A stretch of DNA of 34,049 nt, taken from Candidatus Micrarchaeota archaeon (lineage in GTDB: Archaea > Micrarchaeota > Micrarchaeia > Micrarchaeales > Micrarchaeaceae). Below are positions 16,871-25,962 of this stretch, piece after piece. The stretch lies in assembly GCA_021828705.1 (NCBI GenBank), contig JAJZDG010000001.1, positions 1-34,049 of the forward strand. Reading direction: 5' to 3'. The notes under the pieces were generated by a model. That model was not told the origin of the DNA and did no database searches. It worked only from the letters and a program-made list of their open reading frames with translations. Position numbers and translations under genes: made by a program. How positions within the stretch are numbered: the stretch's first letter is position 1; each line of letters begins with the position of its first letter.

Positions 16871-17224
16871 TTGTATAATTATGTGATTTTAATAGTATTT
16901 GGTTTTTTTGCAATCTTAATTCCGTCACTATTTTTGCTGTCATCAAAACTGCTTAGAAAAAATTATGGCAATAATAGCGTAAAAGGATCTCCATACGAGA
17001 GTGGAGAAGAGACGATAGGTTCAAATCGCGATATAGATAATGAATATCTGCCATTTTTTGCAATTTTTATACCTTTTGAAATAATAGCAGTTTTAGGACT
17101 GCTTTGGGCAGCGGTCTCTTATGGTATGAGTTATGACCTTAACCTTTATTATATAATATTACTATCAATATCAACAATAGCTGCCATGTTTGGCTATAAA
17201 TTTATTAGTGATAAGTATGTCTGA
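16871..17224 (+). CDS. nuoA: NADH-quinone oxidoreductase subunit A.
   Basis: Three hydrophobic helices with the conserved loop SPYESGEE (the YECG-type NuoA/ND3 motif). Its position directly before nuoB also fits. Confidence 0.85.
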   Translation: MYNYVILIVFGFFAILIPSLFLLSSKLLRKNYGNNSVKGSPYESGEETIGSNRDIDNEYLPFFAIFIPFEIIAVLGLLWAAVSYGMSYDLNLYYIILLSISTIAAMFGYKFISDKYV

Positions 17225-17837
17225 AAATTCTGAACCACCTTACACAGTTGATGAATTTGTAAACGCGGAACGTGAGATGACGCGTTTGACTGAGGCATCG
17301 CTCAAAAAATATAATAAAAATACGAATGTCATGTTTGGAAAATTATCTGATCTTACAAGAGAGATGTCAAAAGGTATTGTAAACTGGAGTAGGAAAAATT
17401 CATTATGGCCATTGCAGTTTGGACTTGCGTGCTGCGCGATAGAATTAATGGATTTTGGTGCATCGCGTATTGATGCTGAGAGGAAGGGATACCTTTTATT
17501 TAGAGGGACCCCAAGACAATGTGATGTAATGATTGTCGCGGGATGGGTCACAAAATCAATGGTGCCTAGAATAAAACGCCTTTATGAACAAATGGCAGAA
17601 CCAAAATATGTTATAGCATTTGGTGAATGTGCAACTTCTGGGGGTCCATGGTGGGAGAGTTATAATATAATACAAGGAATAGATCAGGTGCTGCCTGTTG
17701 ATGTGTATGCAATTGGCTGCCCGCCAAAACCTGAAAATTTATTCGGAGCATTAATGAAATTACAAGAAAAAATAGGTGGAAAAATTGACAGAGATAAAGA
17801 GAGAGGAATTACTGAATCAATTGAGAAAAATGATTGA
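17217..17837 (+). CDS. nuoB: NADH-quinone oxidoreductase subunit B (N2 cluster subunit).
   Basis: [27 protein letters not shown] and IGCPPKPE: all four cluster-N2 cysteines are present. I prefer the ATG at 17217 (MSENSEPP...), which overlaps the nuoA stop as ATGTCTGA. The track start is 17190. Confidence 0.92.
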   Translation: MSENSEPPYTVDEFVNAEREMTRLTEASLKKYNKNTNVMFGKLSDLTREMSKGIVNWSRKNSLWPLQFGLACCAIELMDFGASRIDAERKGYLLFRGTPRQCDVMIVAGWVTKSMVPRIKRLYEQMAEPKYVIAFGECATSGGPWWESYNIIQGIDQVLPVDVYAIGCPPKPENLFGALMKLQEKIGGKIDRDKERGITESIEKND

Positions 17838-18153
17838 AAAAGGATATACTTCTCTTAAAATGATAACGGCAATTGATAGAAAAGAGCATATAGAAGTAGT
17901 ATATTTGCTCTATAGTTATAATCATAATAAACATAATGTAGTTAGTGTAATATTAGATCCTAATAACTTAGAGATAGATAGTGTAATTGGCATATACAAA
18001 TCGGCTGATTGGTATGAACGTGAACTTTCAGAGATGTTTGGTATAAAGATAAAAGGCAGGAAGATAAAAAGATTATTATTAGAAGAATGGAACGGCACAA
18101 CATATCCACTTAGAAAGGATTATGTCTGGGGGTCTACATATAAAGTGAGATAA
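17776..18153 (+). CDS. nuoC: NADH-quinone oxidoreductase subunit C (30-kDa subunit), unusually short.
   Basis: [18 protein letters not shown] matches the NuoC signature (W..ERE..DMFGI.F.GH). The start is ambiguous. GTG 17776 gives 125 aa with a 62-nt overlap on nuoB. ATG 17830 gives 107 aa with an ATGATTGA overlap that mirrors the nuoA/nuoB junction. Confidence 0.8.
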   Translation: MEKLTEIKREELLNQLRKMIEKGYTSLKMITAIDRKEHIEVVYLLYSYNHNKHNVVSVILDPNNLEIDSVIGIYKSADWYERELSEMFGIKIKGRKIKRLLLEEWNGTTYPLRKDYVWGSTYKVR

Positions 18154-19250
18154 TGCCTAGAATGAAAATAAATGTAGGACCAATACATCCAAGCACTCAT
18201 GGTGTTCTAAGGCTTATTGTGGATGTTGAAGGAGATACTATAATGGATGTCGAACCACATATAGGATTTTTGCATAGAGGAGTTGAGAAACTTATGGAAA
18301 CAAGGATGTATATGCAAAATCCCTCATATACTGAAAAGCTTGATTATGTAGCTCCAATGGGGTGGGATGATCTCTATGTATCAGCTGTGGAATCTGCCAT
18401 TGGTGTTGAGGTAAGTGAACCCGCTCAATATGCACGTATGATTTTATTAGAATTGCAGCGAATAGCAAGTCATTTATTATGGCTTGGAACGCTGGCAAAT
18501 GATCTTGGGCAGATGTTTACGGTGTTTATGTGGGCATTTCGTGAGCGAGCGAAGGTACTAAAACTTCTTGAGGATGTTACAGGATCTAGAATGTTCTATG
18601 TTAATTTTAGGCTTGGCGGCCTATCAAGCGAACTGCCAATTGATTTTGAGGATAGGACGTTAGCGTTAATGGACTATTTAGAGGAGCATGTGCGTGAATA
18701 TACATATCATTTAGATTCAAATCCAATATTTATGGAACGTACTAAAAATATCGGAGTTCTTACAAAAAAGAATGCGATAGATTATGGCGTTACTGGTCCT
18801 GTCGCACGCGCATCTGGTATAGATTTTGATGCAAGAAAGGAGCTTTCTTATTATATGTATAAAAAAATAAAATTTAATACTCCTGTATTATCAAATGGTG
18901 ATTGTTATGATAGATACAAGATACGATTCATTGAGATACAAGAGAGTATAAATATAATACGTGCTTGCGTTCAGAAAATGCCAAAAGGCAGTGTTAAGGG
19001 CGCGCCTATAAAGTTAATAGGTCAGCCGGCAAAAATTGACAATATAATTATACAGCATAGGGAATTGCCTCGTGGTGAGGGTATAATTTATCTTGTTCCA
19101 GAGGCGCAAAGACCCTATCGTATTGCGCTTAGATCCCCCTCATATATAAATTTGTCGGTATTGCCATATCTTTCGAAGGGTGCAAAATATGCTGATCTTT
19201 TTGCAATATTAGGAAGCCTTGATGTGGTTATGGCAGAAATTGATAAATAA
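18153..19250 (+). CDS. nuoD: NADH-quinone oxidoreductase subunit D (49-kDa subunit).
   Basis: INVGPIHPSTHGVLRL (NuoD-type, no hydrogenase CxxC), HRGVEKL, and the C-terminal LGSLDVVMAEIDK. TAATG overlap with nuoC. Confidence 0.93.
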   Translation: MPRMKINVGPIHPSTHGVLRLIVDVEGDTIMDVEPHIGFLHRGVEKLMETRMYMQNPSYTEKLDYVAPMGWDDLYVSAVESAIGVEVSEPAQYARMILLELQRIASHLLWLGTLANDLGQMFTVFMWAFRERAKVLKLLEDVTGSRMFYVNFRLGGLSSELPIDFEDRTLALMDYLEEHVREYTYHLDSNPIFMERTKNIGVLTKKNAIDYGVTGPVARASGIDFDARKELSYYMYKKIKFNTPVLSNGDCYDRYKIRFIEIQESINIIRACVQKMPKGSVKGAPIKLIGQPAKIDNIIIQHRELPRGEGIIYLVPEAQRPYRIALRSPSYINLSVLPYLSKGAKYADLFAILGSLDVVMAEIDK

Positions 19251-19280
19251 TTATAAGTTATAATATAACAGAGTGATTTT

Positions 19281-19616
19281 ATGGAGCGCGAAGAGCTGGA
19301 AAAGATGACAAGGGATTATCAGAACGTACAAATGCAGATTCAGTCGCTTTCAATGCAGAAACTGCAGTTCAATCAACAAAAAGAGGAATATAAAGACGCC
19401 GAAAAGGAGCTTCTTCTTGCAAAAGGTAAGGTATACATCGATATAGGCGGTCTTATGATAGAGACAACAAAGGATGAGGCGATGGAAAAATTGAAAGAGA
19501 AGATGGAATCTACAGAAATGCGCCATAAAATTGTAACTAGACAATACGAAGAAGCTTCAAAGAAGGAACAGGCATTGAGAGGCACGTTAACTGAAGAACT
19601 AAAAAAGAGCCAGTAA
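19281..19616 (+). CDS. pfdB: Prefoldin subunit beta.
   Basis: 111 aa with a coiled coil - beta hairpin - coiled coil layout: QIQSLSMQKLQFNQQKEEYKDAEKEL...VYIDIGGLMIETTKDEAMEKLKEKME... Confidence 0.85.
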   Translation: MEREELEKMTRDYQNVQMQIQSLSMQKLQFNQQKEEYKDAEKELLLAKGKVYIDIGGLMIETTKDEAMEKLKEKMESTEMRHKIVTRQYEEASKKEQALRGTLTEELKKSQ

Positions 19617-19623
19617 TGGTTTA

Positions 19624-20616
19624 ATGGTCGATATAACTTATAATGATCTATTAGAAAAGATTAGAGCGCAAAGGGGGAGAAGAGTGGGTGTCTCCTTCCA
19701 TTCAATGGGCGATACGGATGCAATAGCATCTGCATTAGCGCTATCTTACATATTTGATGATATAAAAATTATAAGCCCAGACAGAATGACTGCCAATGCT
19801 GAGCGTATAAAGGATATACTCGGGTTTAAGGAATTTAAAATGATAAATTCCATAAATAAAAATGATTTTGATTTTATAATACTTGTAGATGTTAATAATG
19901 TTGATGGATGCGGTAGAATAAAAGAGCAATTAAAGGCATTTGGCAAAGATATAATCATAATAGATCATCACCTAAAAAAAGACAGCGCAAAAAATTTTAT
20001 TGTATTTAATGAGGAGCATTTCAATTCCACAGCAAGTATCATATTTGAGCTACTTAAAGATTTGAAAATAAAATTAGACGCTAAGATTGCAAACATGCTT
20101 GCAATGGGTATAATATCAGATTCAGCAGAATTTAAAAATACAAATCCAAAAACATTTACTCAATTAGGTGAATTATTTAGCATAGCAAGAACAAATTATA
20201 TAACCTTAATGGATATGACTAGGCACATATCTCCTGCAGAAGAGCGTATAAAAACTATTAATGATATAAGAAATGCGAGCGTGTCTATTGTTAATAATAT
20301 GCTGCTTATGAAGGGAGCTGCCCATGCATATTCAAATTTGGCTGCAGAGAGTGCTTTGCGCATAGGAGCTGATATTGCAATATTCGGATCCTGTTCGGAG
20401 AACGAAATATCATTTTCGGCAAGGTTGAGACCGAATCTTGATCAGAAATACAATATACATTTAGGTTTTATAATGGATAAACTGTCTAAAATTATAGGGG
20501 GGAGTGGCGGAGGTCATTCATGTGCAGCGGGTGCGTATGGCAAAAATAAGGATAAATTTGAAGAGTTTATCAATGCATTTATAAGTGAGATATCTAGCGC
20601 GGGGGGCGTTAAATGA
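19624..20616 (+). CDS. DHH/DHHA1 family phosphoesterase (NrnA/RecJ-like nuclease).
   Basis: Motifs HSMGDTDAIAS (DxD), ILVDVNN, IIIDHH, GIISDSAEF and DHHA1 GGGHSCAAGA. Its last 4 nt overlap the mre11 start (ATGA). Confidence 0.8.
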   Translation: MVDITYNDLLEKIRAQRGRRVGVSFHSMGDTDAIASALALSYIFDDIKIISPDRMTANAERIKDILGFKEFKMINSINKNDFDFIILVDVNNVDGCGRIKEQLKAFGKDIIIIDHHLKKDSAKNFIVFNEEHFNSTASIIFELLKDLKIKLDAKIANMLAMGIISDSAEFKNTNPKTFTQLGELFSIARTNYITLMDMTRHISPAEERIKTINDIRNASVSIVNNMLLMKGAAHAYSNLAAESALRIGADIAIFGSCSENEISFSARLRPNLDQKYNIHLGFIMDKLSKIIGGSGGGHSCAAGAYGKNKDKFEEFINAFISEISSAGGVK

Positions 20617-21839
20617 AAATTGCTATAATATCTGATTTTCATATAGGGTATGAGCGTTTTTATGAGGATGCTTATATACAAGCAAAGAACGCACTTGATT
20701 TAGCTGCATCAATGGCGGATGCGCTTATAATACCTGGGGATGTTTTTGATAAACGCAATCCAAAACCTGAGGTATTGGCACAAGCGATAAATATATTCAG
20801 AGAATTAAAACAGAGGCATTGGAATGCGCATGTTGTAAGTTTTAGTTCTGCAAATAATACCAAAATTCATACAAATATCCCTATAATAGCAATACCTGGC
20901 ACGCATGAGCGCACAGCAGAAGGAAAGGAAAATCCACTTACTCTACTCTCTCTTGCGGGGTTGCTTGTGGATAATAGCGAATCAGTTGTAACAATTAAAA
21001 AGGATGATGAATGCGTATCGATATTTGCGCTTGGCGGCCTATCAGAAGAGATGGTAAAACCAAGATTGAAAGAGCTTGACCCAAAACCTGTGCCTAATAA
21101 TTTTAACATATTCATGTTTCATCAATCTACATACGAATTACTGCCGTTTAGCGAGCATTTTATACATAATGATGAGCTGCCGCAAGGTTATGATCTATAT
21201 GTAAATGGACATATACATAATAAAGTGATAGATAAAATACATAATAAAGATTTTTTAATACCGGGGAGCACTGTACTCACACAGTTAAAGGATGGTGAAC
21301 AGGAGGAAAAGGGATTTTTTATATATGATACTGTTACTAAAACATTTGATTTTATAAAGATAAAATCAAGACCTTTTACCTCAATTCGTATAAAAATCGA
21401 TTCTGTAACCCCAAAAAAGTTTTCTGAAACCTTAGAGTATGAAATTTCTAGCGTGATAGAAAAATATTTGCCGGAAAAACCAATCATAAAAGTGAATGTT
21501 TCTGGTAATATAGAGAAGGGTTTTAAGCGGCTTGATATGCCAATTCGCTCTATTTTGGTGCGTTTTGAGGATAAGGTCTATCTTGAAATAGAGACAAAAG
21601 ATCTTGTTGATGCGGAGACTGAAAAGCAGATAGCTGATATACAGGAGGGTAAAATGTATGGTCAGTCAATAAAAGAGTACGGGTCAAATTTATTTAGGTC
21701 AAAATTAACAGAACACGGCTTTGACATAAACATAAATGTAATGGAACTATTTGCGATACTTTGTTCATCAAAGAAAGAAAGAGCTTTAAAAGAGGCAAAT
21801 GAATTCTTTGATAAAATAAGCAATCCTATCTCTTCTTAG
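20613..21839 (+). CDS. mre11: Mre11-type DNA repair nuclease (calcineurin-like metallophosphoesterase).
   Basis: Phosphoesterase motifs SDFHIG (I), PGDVFD (II), PGTHE (III, variant), MFHQS (IV) and NGHIH (V). It is collinear with the recalled P. furiosus Mre11 (ADIHLGY..AGDLFH..GNHD..MLHQG..GHIH..KGFYIV..VRPF). Confidence 0.8.
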   Translation: MKIAIISDFHIGYERFYEDAYIQAKNALDLAASMADALIIPGDVFDKRNPKPEVLAQAINIFRELKQRHWNAHVVSFSSANNTKIHTNIPIIAIPGTHERTAEGKENPLTLLSLAGLLVDNSESVVTIKKDDECVSIFALGGLSEEMVKPRLKELDPKPVPNNFNIFMFHQSTYELLPFSEHFIHNDELPQGYDLYVNGHIHNKVIDKIHNKDFLIPGSTVLTQLKDGEQEEKGFFIYDTVTKTFDFIKIKSRPFTSIRIKIDSVTPKKFSETLEYEISSVIEKYLPEKPIIKVNVSGNIEKGFKRLDMPIRSILVRFEDKVYLEIETKDLVDAETEKQIADIQEGKMYGQSIKEYGSNLFRSKLTEHGFDININVMELFAILCSSKKERALKEANEFFDKISNPISS

Positions 21840-22089
21840 CCTGGTCCTTTTTAGGGTGCTCTTTTCGCTCCTCAATTCCTAGCGCTTTATTTATAGCATC
21901 CTTATTATTTGGGTCAATTTTTTCACTAAGAAATTCAAGATGAGCTGTATTACAGCGCCTCTCTTTCTTATTTCTAAGGCTAGATACTATCATTACAAAA
22001 TTATGGTCCAACACCTTAGTTACAATTGCCTTACTACCCGCATCTCTTCCATATCTTTTTATACATATTCTTCCTTCTTCTAACAACAT
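21826..22089 (-). CDS. rpl14e: 50S ribosomal protein L14e (KOW domain).
   Basis: EEGRICIKRYGRDAGSKAIVTKVLDHNFVMIV matches the L14e pattern (VGR.. .. GR.AG...V.. .. D.NFVLV). The likely start is ATG 22089 (MLLEEGR...); the track start is 22101. Confidence 0.85.
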   Translation of the reverse strand: MLLEEGRICIKRYGRDAGSKAIVTKVLDHNFVMIVSSLRNKKERRCNTAHLEFLSEKIDPNNKDAINKALGIEERKEHPKKDQAKKR

Positions 22090-22106
22090 ATAAAACACCA
22101 TATATA

Positions 22107-22430
22107 CTAATGCGCAACTAGCTGCATTACAAATTTTCTTTGTTTTATGCTTATATCATCAAGCTTCATATCTCCATTTTCTATTCTACTACCAAGTGTT
22201 ATTACATTGGCTGTGCAGCTTGAGCATAATACCCCACCAAAGAGTCTGCTATTACTCCTTCTGCTTTTACCTCCCTTTTCACTTATATTAATACCATTAA
22301 GCTCAGTGCTGCATATAGCACAATGGGGTGCAGAATTTCTACCTCTTTTATAATGTATTACATTTCTTCCCTTAATAGTGATTCTGTTCACTTTTTTAAA
22401 GCTACTTGATCTAAAACGTGGTTCTGGCAA
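22107..22430 (-). CDS. rpl34e: 50S ribosomal protein L34e.
   Basis: A basic N-terminus (PEPRFRSSSFKKVNRITIKGR) and the zinc-ribbon-like CAIC...CSSC pattern are typical of L34e. TTG start. Confidence 0.88.
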   Translation of the reverse strand: MPEPRFRSSSFKKVNRITIKGRNVIHYKRGRNSAPHCAICSTELNGINISEKGGKSRRSNSRLFGGVLCSSCTANVITLGSRIENGDMKLDDISIKQRKFVMQLVAH

Positions 22431-22482
22431 ATAAACACCTATATCTCTCTATTTTAACACTAAACTATTTATTGGTTTGTAA

Positions 22483-22983
22483 CTATTGACTCTGTAAATT
22501 AGCTTCTAATCTCATCTCTTCTTTTGATTTTTTTCTATCATAAATAAGTATAAAAGCGGTCATAATTATACCTATGATAAAGGTTATTGAGAAAAAGAAG
22601 CTCTGGTATGTCATATTTGGAAATACAAAATTAATAGTATCCTTAACAAATCCCATCGAACTTGCAAAATATGGCAATGCAACACTATAAATTATTAAAA
22701 ATATTGGAAGTACGACGATGGCTGATTTCATCTGATTTTTCATGCTCTCAGTCATGAGTGGCATTATCTCACTCTGTTTTTGCATTATCTGCTCTCTTGA
22801 CGCGCCATTCTTAGTCATTTCATTAAGTATCTTAGAATGTGCCTTCATCTTTCTTTGTATCTCCCTTGCCTTTTTAGGATTTGACAATTTTCGCTGAAGC
22901 GTGAATGTCCCTAACGCATAAACCATAGCTATAACTACAATTATAACTGCTATATTTGTAGGCAATGTTGTGAGTAAAATCAT
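22483..22983 (-). CDS. DUF106 / EMC3-TMCO1-like membrane protein (archaeal YidC/Oxa1-type insertase homologue).
   Basis: TM1, then a long basic coiled-coil hairpin (PKKAREIQRKMKAHSKILNEMTKNG..QIMQKQSEIMPLMTESMKNQMK), then TM2 and TM3. It sits in the conserved position directly downstream of archaeal adk. Confidence 0.7.
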   Translation of the reverse strand: MILLTTLPTNIAVIIVVIAMVYALGTFTLQRKLSNPKKAREIQRKMKAHSKILNEMTKNGASREQIMQKQSEIMPLMTESMKNQMKSAIVVLPIFLIIYSVALPYFASSMGFVKDTINFVFPNMTYQSFFFSITFIIGIIMTAFILIYDRKKSKEEMRLEANLQSQ

Positions 22984-23580
22984 TTAATTACCAAATACTT
23001 CATTTATGGCGTTATGAAGTTTATTAATTGCATCATTAAGATTCTTCTTGCCATCTCTGTTCTCTATTATGTATAATGAAATATTTAAATATGCGCTATA
23101 ATATGAAAGTATTGATATGTCGGAAATACGCTGATTGTCTAATGTAGAGCCGTCTTGCACCTCACGTTTTCTCTTTTTGTCGTTAGCCCTTCTTTTAAGT
23201 ACCTGTTCTGTTGGCGAATTTACATATACTAATCCTGCAATATTTTTCAAATGCAATAATGAATGGAATGGTATGCCTGGAATTATTCTAGATTTCTCCT
23301 CATTTTCTATAGTAACATGAGTATCTAACACTATATTGGTATCCATTCCAGAGATTCTATAATATGCATCTTTCCTTAATTTATTCATTGTACTGCCTTC
23401 AAGCTTTTTTATTTCATCCCTGTTGATTATTATGTTGCGCTTTATGGCCATATCCTTCATCATAGAGCCCACATTAACCACTGTATAATCGAATTTGCTC
23501 TGTCGCATTTTAACGTTATCTAACATTGTGGTTTTTCCAGCTCCTGACAACCCCATAACTATCAATATTTTACTGACCAT
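22984..23580 (-). CDS. adkA: Adenylate kinase, archaeal type.
   Basis: P-loop GLSGAGKTT. Collinear with the recalled archaeal AdkA (..VSFGS.M...A......RD.MRK...; VLDTH....; RR..D..R.RD....). Confidence 0.85.
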   Translation of the reverse strand: MVSKILIVMGLSGAGKTTMLDNVKMRQSKFDYTVVNVGSMMKDMAIKRNIIINRDEIKKLEGSTMNKLRKDAYYRISGMDTNIVLDTHVTIENEEKSRIIPGIPFHSLLHLKNIAGLVYVNSPTEQVLKRRANDKKRKREVQDGSTLDNQRISDISILSYYSAYLNISLYIIENRDGKKNLNDAINKLHNAINEVFGN

Positions 23581-23666
23581 AAATCTATTTTCAAAAACAG
23601 ATTTATATTAATATATGTTTGAAAATAATAGTACACTATACTATATAATTAATATAATGTGGATGT

Positions 23667-24266
23667 ATGCAAATAAAATGTGTGGTGTTTGATTTAGGTG
23701 GTGTAATTGTAGATTATACTGAGCAGGAATACTACAAAATGCTGAGCAGAAAATATAATATCCCATATAAAAAAATATTCAACACATTTGAGCGTTTAAT
23801 AAAATTGGGAGAGTCAGGTTCTATATTACAAGAGGATTTGGAGAAGGATGCTAGAAAATTATTAAATCTACATTCCGATCTTATGTGGGTAAAAGCTTTT
23901 ACTATGTTTGGAAAGACTGATAATAATATGGTAAAATTGATCAGAAAAATGCGTAAACATTATTTTATTGGTCTGTTAACAAACATAAATCGGAGTAGAT
24001 ACGCTACTGCTACAAAATACTTTATAAATAAGGATGATTTTGACATGCGGTTTGTATCATGTTATATTAAAATGAGAAAACCAGATATGAGTATATACAA
24101 ATATATGGTTAAAAAGATTGGATTTGCTGCAAATGAAATAATTTTTATAGATAATATGCCAAAAAATCTGGTTAATGCAAGAAAAGTAGGTATAAACTGT
24201 ATTCTGTTTAAAAATTATAATCAGTTAGTGTATGAGCTTAAAAAGTACGATCTATTAATAAATTAA
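23667..24266 (+). CDS. HAD-superfamily hydrolase (subfamily IA-like).
   Basis: Motif I VVFDLGGVIV, motif II LLTN, and a C-terminal FIDNMPKNLVNARKVG (motif IV-like D). Confidence 0.75.
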   Translation: MQIKCVVFDLGGVIVDYTEQEYYKMLSRKYNIPYKKIFNTFERLIKLGESGSILQEDLEKDARKLLNLHSDLMWVKAFTMFGKTDNNMVKLIRKMRKHYFIGLLTNINRSRYATATKYFINKDDFDMRFVSCYIKMRKPDMSIYKYMVKKIGFAANEIIFIDNMPKNLVNARKVGINCILFKNYNQLVYELKKYDLLIN

Positions 24267-24274
24267 AATAAATA

Positions 24275-24290
24275 AAGAAAAAGAAAAAAG
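24275..24290 (-). terminator. Oligo-T tract downstream of the thermosome gene (archaeal intrinsic terminator candidate).
   Basis: The minus strand reads TTTTTTCTTTTTCTTT starting about 15 nt after the thermosome stop. Confidence 0.3.
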
Positions 24291-24304
24291 GAATAAACTA
24301 CTTA

Positions 24305-25951
24305 TTAGTCCATCCCTGGAGGCATTCCTCCTGGCGGCATTCCACCACCACCTTTGCTTTTAGAGCTGATCATGTCATCGATTCTTAATATTATTTCAGA
24401 TGCTTCGCTTGCACTGTATATTGCCTGTTTCTTTACCCTTATAGGTTCGAAAACACCAAGCTTTTGCATATCGCCAATAATATTTTTATAGATGTCAACT
24501 CCATATGTGTTGCCGTCAGCGGTTCTATGCTTGTTTCTTAGCTGCACTAATGTATCTATTGCGTCCATTCCGGCGCTTTCTGATAGTGTTTTTGGTATTA
24601 TTTCTAATGCATCTGCAAATTTTTGTATTGCAAGTTGCTCTCTGCCTCCGATATCATTTGAATACTTTCTTAACTCTATCGCCAAATCGACTTCGGTTGC
24701 ACCACCACCAAGCACATATTTGTTGTCTTCTACAACGCTTGATATTGCGCCAATTACGTCTGTCAAAGAGCGTTCTGCTTCATCAACAACATGCTGTGTT
24801 CCACCTCTTATGAATATGGATACGCTCTTTGGATTTTTGCAATCCTCAACGAATACCATTTGTTCACCGGCGATCTTTTTCTCTTCTACCATACCTGCAA
24901 AACCAAGGTCTTCTTCATTTAAGTCATCAAGACTTGTAACAATCTTTCCACTGGTTGCTTTTGAAAGCTTTTCCATATCACTCTTCTTTACTCTCCTTAC
25001 TGCTATTATACCAGCCTTTGCAAGGAAGTGCTGAGCTACATCATCTATACCTTTTTGTGTTATGATTATGTTTGCTTTGCTATTCTTTATTTTTTCAACC
25101 ATATCCTTTAGCATTTGCTCCTCTTGCCTTAAGAATGCCTGCATCTGTTCTGGTGATGTTATCTCGATCTTTGCATCGGTCTCAGTCTTTTCAATCTCCA
25201 AAGCAACATCCAATAATGCAATCTTTGCGCTTTTTATGGATTTTGGCATGCCTGGGTGTGCAATCTCCTTGTCTATTAATACGCCGCTTATGAACTGCGT
25301 ATCTGCAATGCTGCCACCAACTTTCTTCTCTATTTTTATTAAATCGTGGTCTATTATTATTTTTCCTCTTGGATCCTTATCCATTACCTGTTTGACAGCA
25401 TTAATAACGAGCTTTGATAAGTACTCCTTTGTTTTATCGTCTCCTATATTCTTTGAACCCATAGATACCATTGCAATTTTTTGTAGTATTGCATCATCTT
25501 TTGGGTCTATCTCCTTTGATATATGTGTTAAAAACTCGGCAGATTTTTCTGCAGCAATTTTATACCCTTTTATAATTGTTGTTGGGTGCACTCCTTGCTC
25601 TAATAATTCTCCAGCTCCACGTAAGAGTTCTCCCGCGAGCACTACAACGGTTGTTGTCCCATCCCCTGCCTCTTTATCTTGTGTTTTTGCTATGTCAACC
25701 ATTATCTTTGCCACTGGGTGCTCAACATTCATTTCCTGTAATATTGTAGCGCCATCATTTGTTATTGTTATATCACCAAGATCGCTTACCAACATTTTGT
25801 CCATACCTTTTGGTCCAAGAGCTGATTTAACTGCGTTTGCAACTGCAACGCCAACAGCAATATTGGTTCTCTGTGCATCTCTTCCTAGCAATCTAGTTGC
25901 TCCATCCGGTAGATATAATATCTGTTGTCCTCCAAATTTATCTTCAGCCAT
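24305..25951 (-). CDS. ths: Thermosome subunit (group II chaperonin).
   Basis: LGPKGMDKMLV, ITNDGATIL, GDGTTT, VLGGGATE and a C-terminal GGGGMPPGGMPPGMD tail. Confidence 0.95.
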   Translation of the reverse strand: MAEDKFGGQQILYLPDGATRLLGRDAQRTNIAVGVAVANAVKSALGPKGMDKMLVSDLGDITITNDGATILQEMNVEHPVAKIMVDIAKTQDKEAGDGTTTVVVLAGELLRGAGELLEQGVHPTTIIKGYKIAAEKSAEFLTHISKEIDPKDDAILQKIAMVSMGSKNIGDDKTKEYLSKLVINAVKQVMDKDPRGKIIIDHDLIKIEKKVGGSIADTQFISGVLIDKEIAHPGMPKSIKSAKIALLDVALEIEKTETDAKIEITSPEQMQAFLRQEEQMLKDMVEKIKNSKANIIITQKGIDDVAQHFLAKAGIIAVRRVKKSDMEKLSKATSGKIVTSLDDLNEEDLGFAGMVEEKKIAGEQMVFVEDCKNPKSVSIFIRGGTQHVVDEAERSLTDVIGAISSVVEDNKYVLGGGATEVDLAIELRKYSNDIGGREQLAIQKFADALEIIPKTLSESAGMDAIDTLVQLRNKHRTADGNTYGVDIYKNIIGDMQKLGVFEPIRVKKQAIYSASEASEIILRIDDMISSKSKGGGGMPPGGMPPGMD

Positions 25952-25955
25952 ATTT

Positions 25956-25962
25956 TCACCTT
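25956..25962 (-). promoter_or_regulatory. Shine-Dalgarno site AAGGTGA, 4 nt before the thermosome ATG.
   Basis: The minus strand reads AAGGTGAAAATATG, complementary to the conserved 16S 3' end CCUCC/UCACCU region. A TATA-like TTTATACTTATATAAA lies further upstream (25961..25978). Confidence 0.5.
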
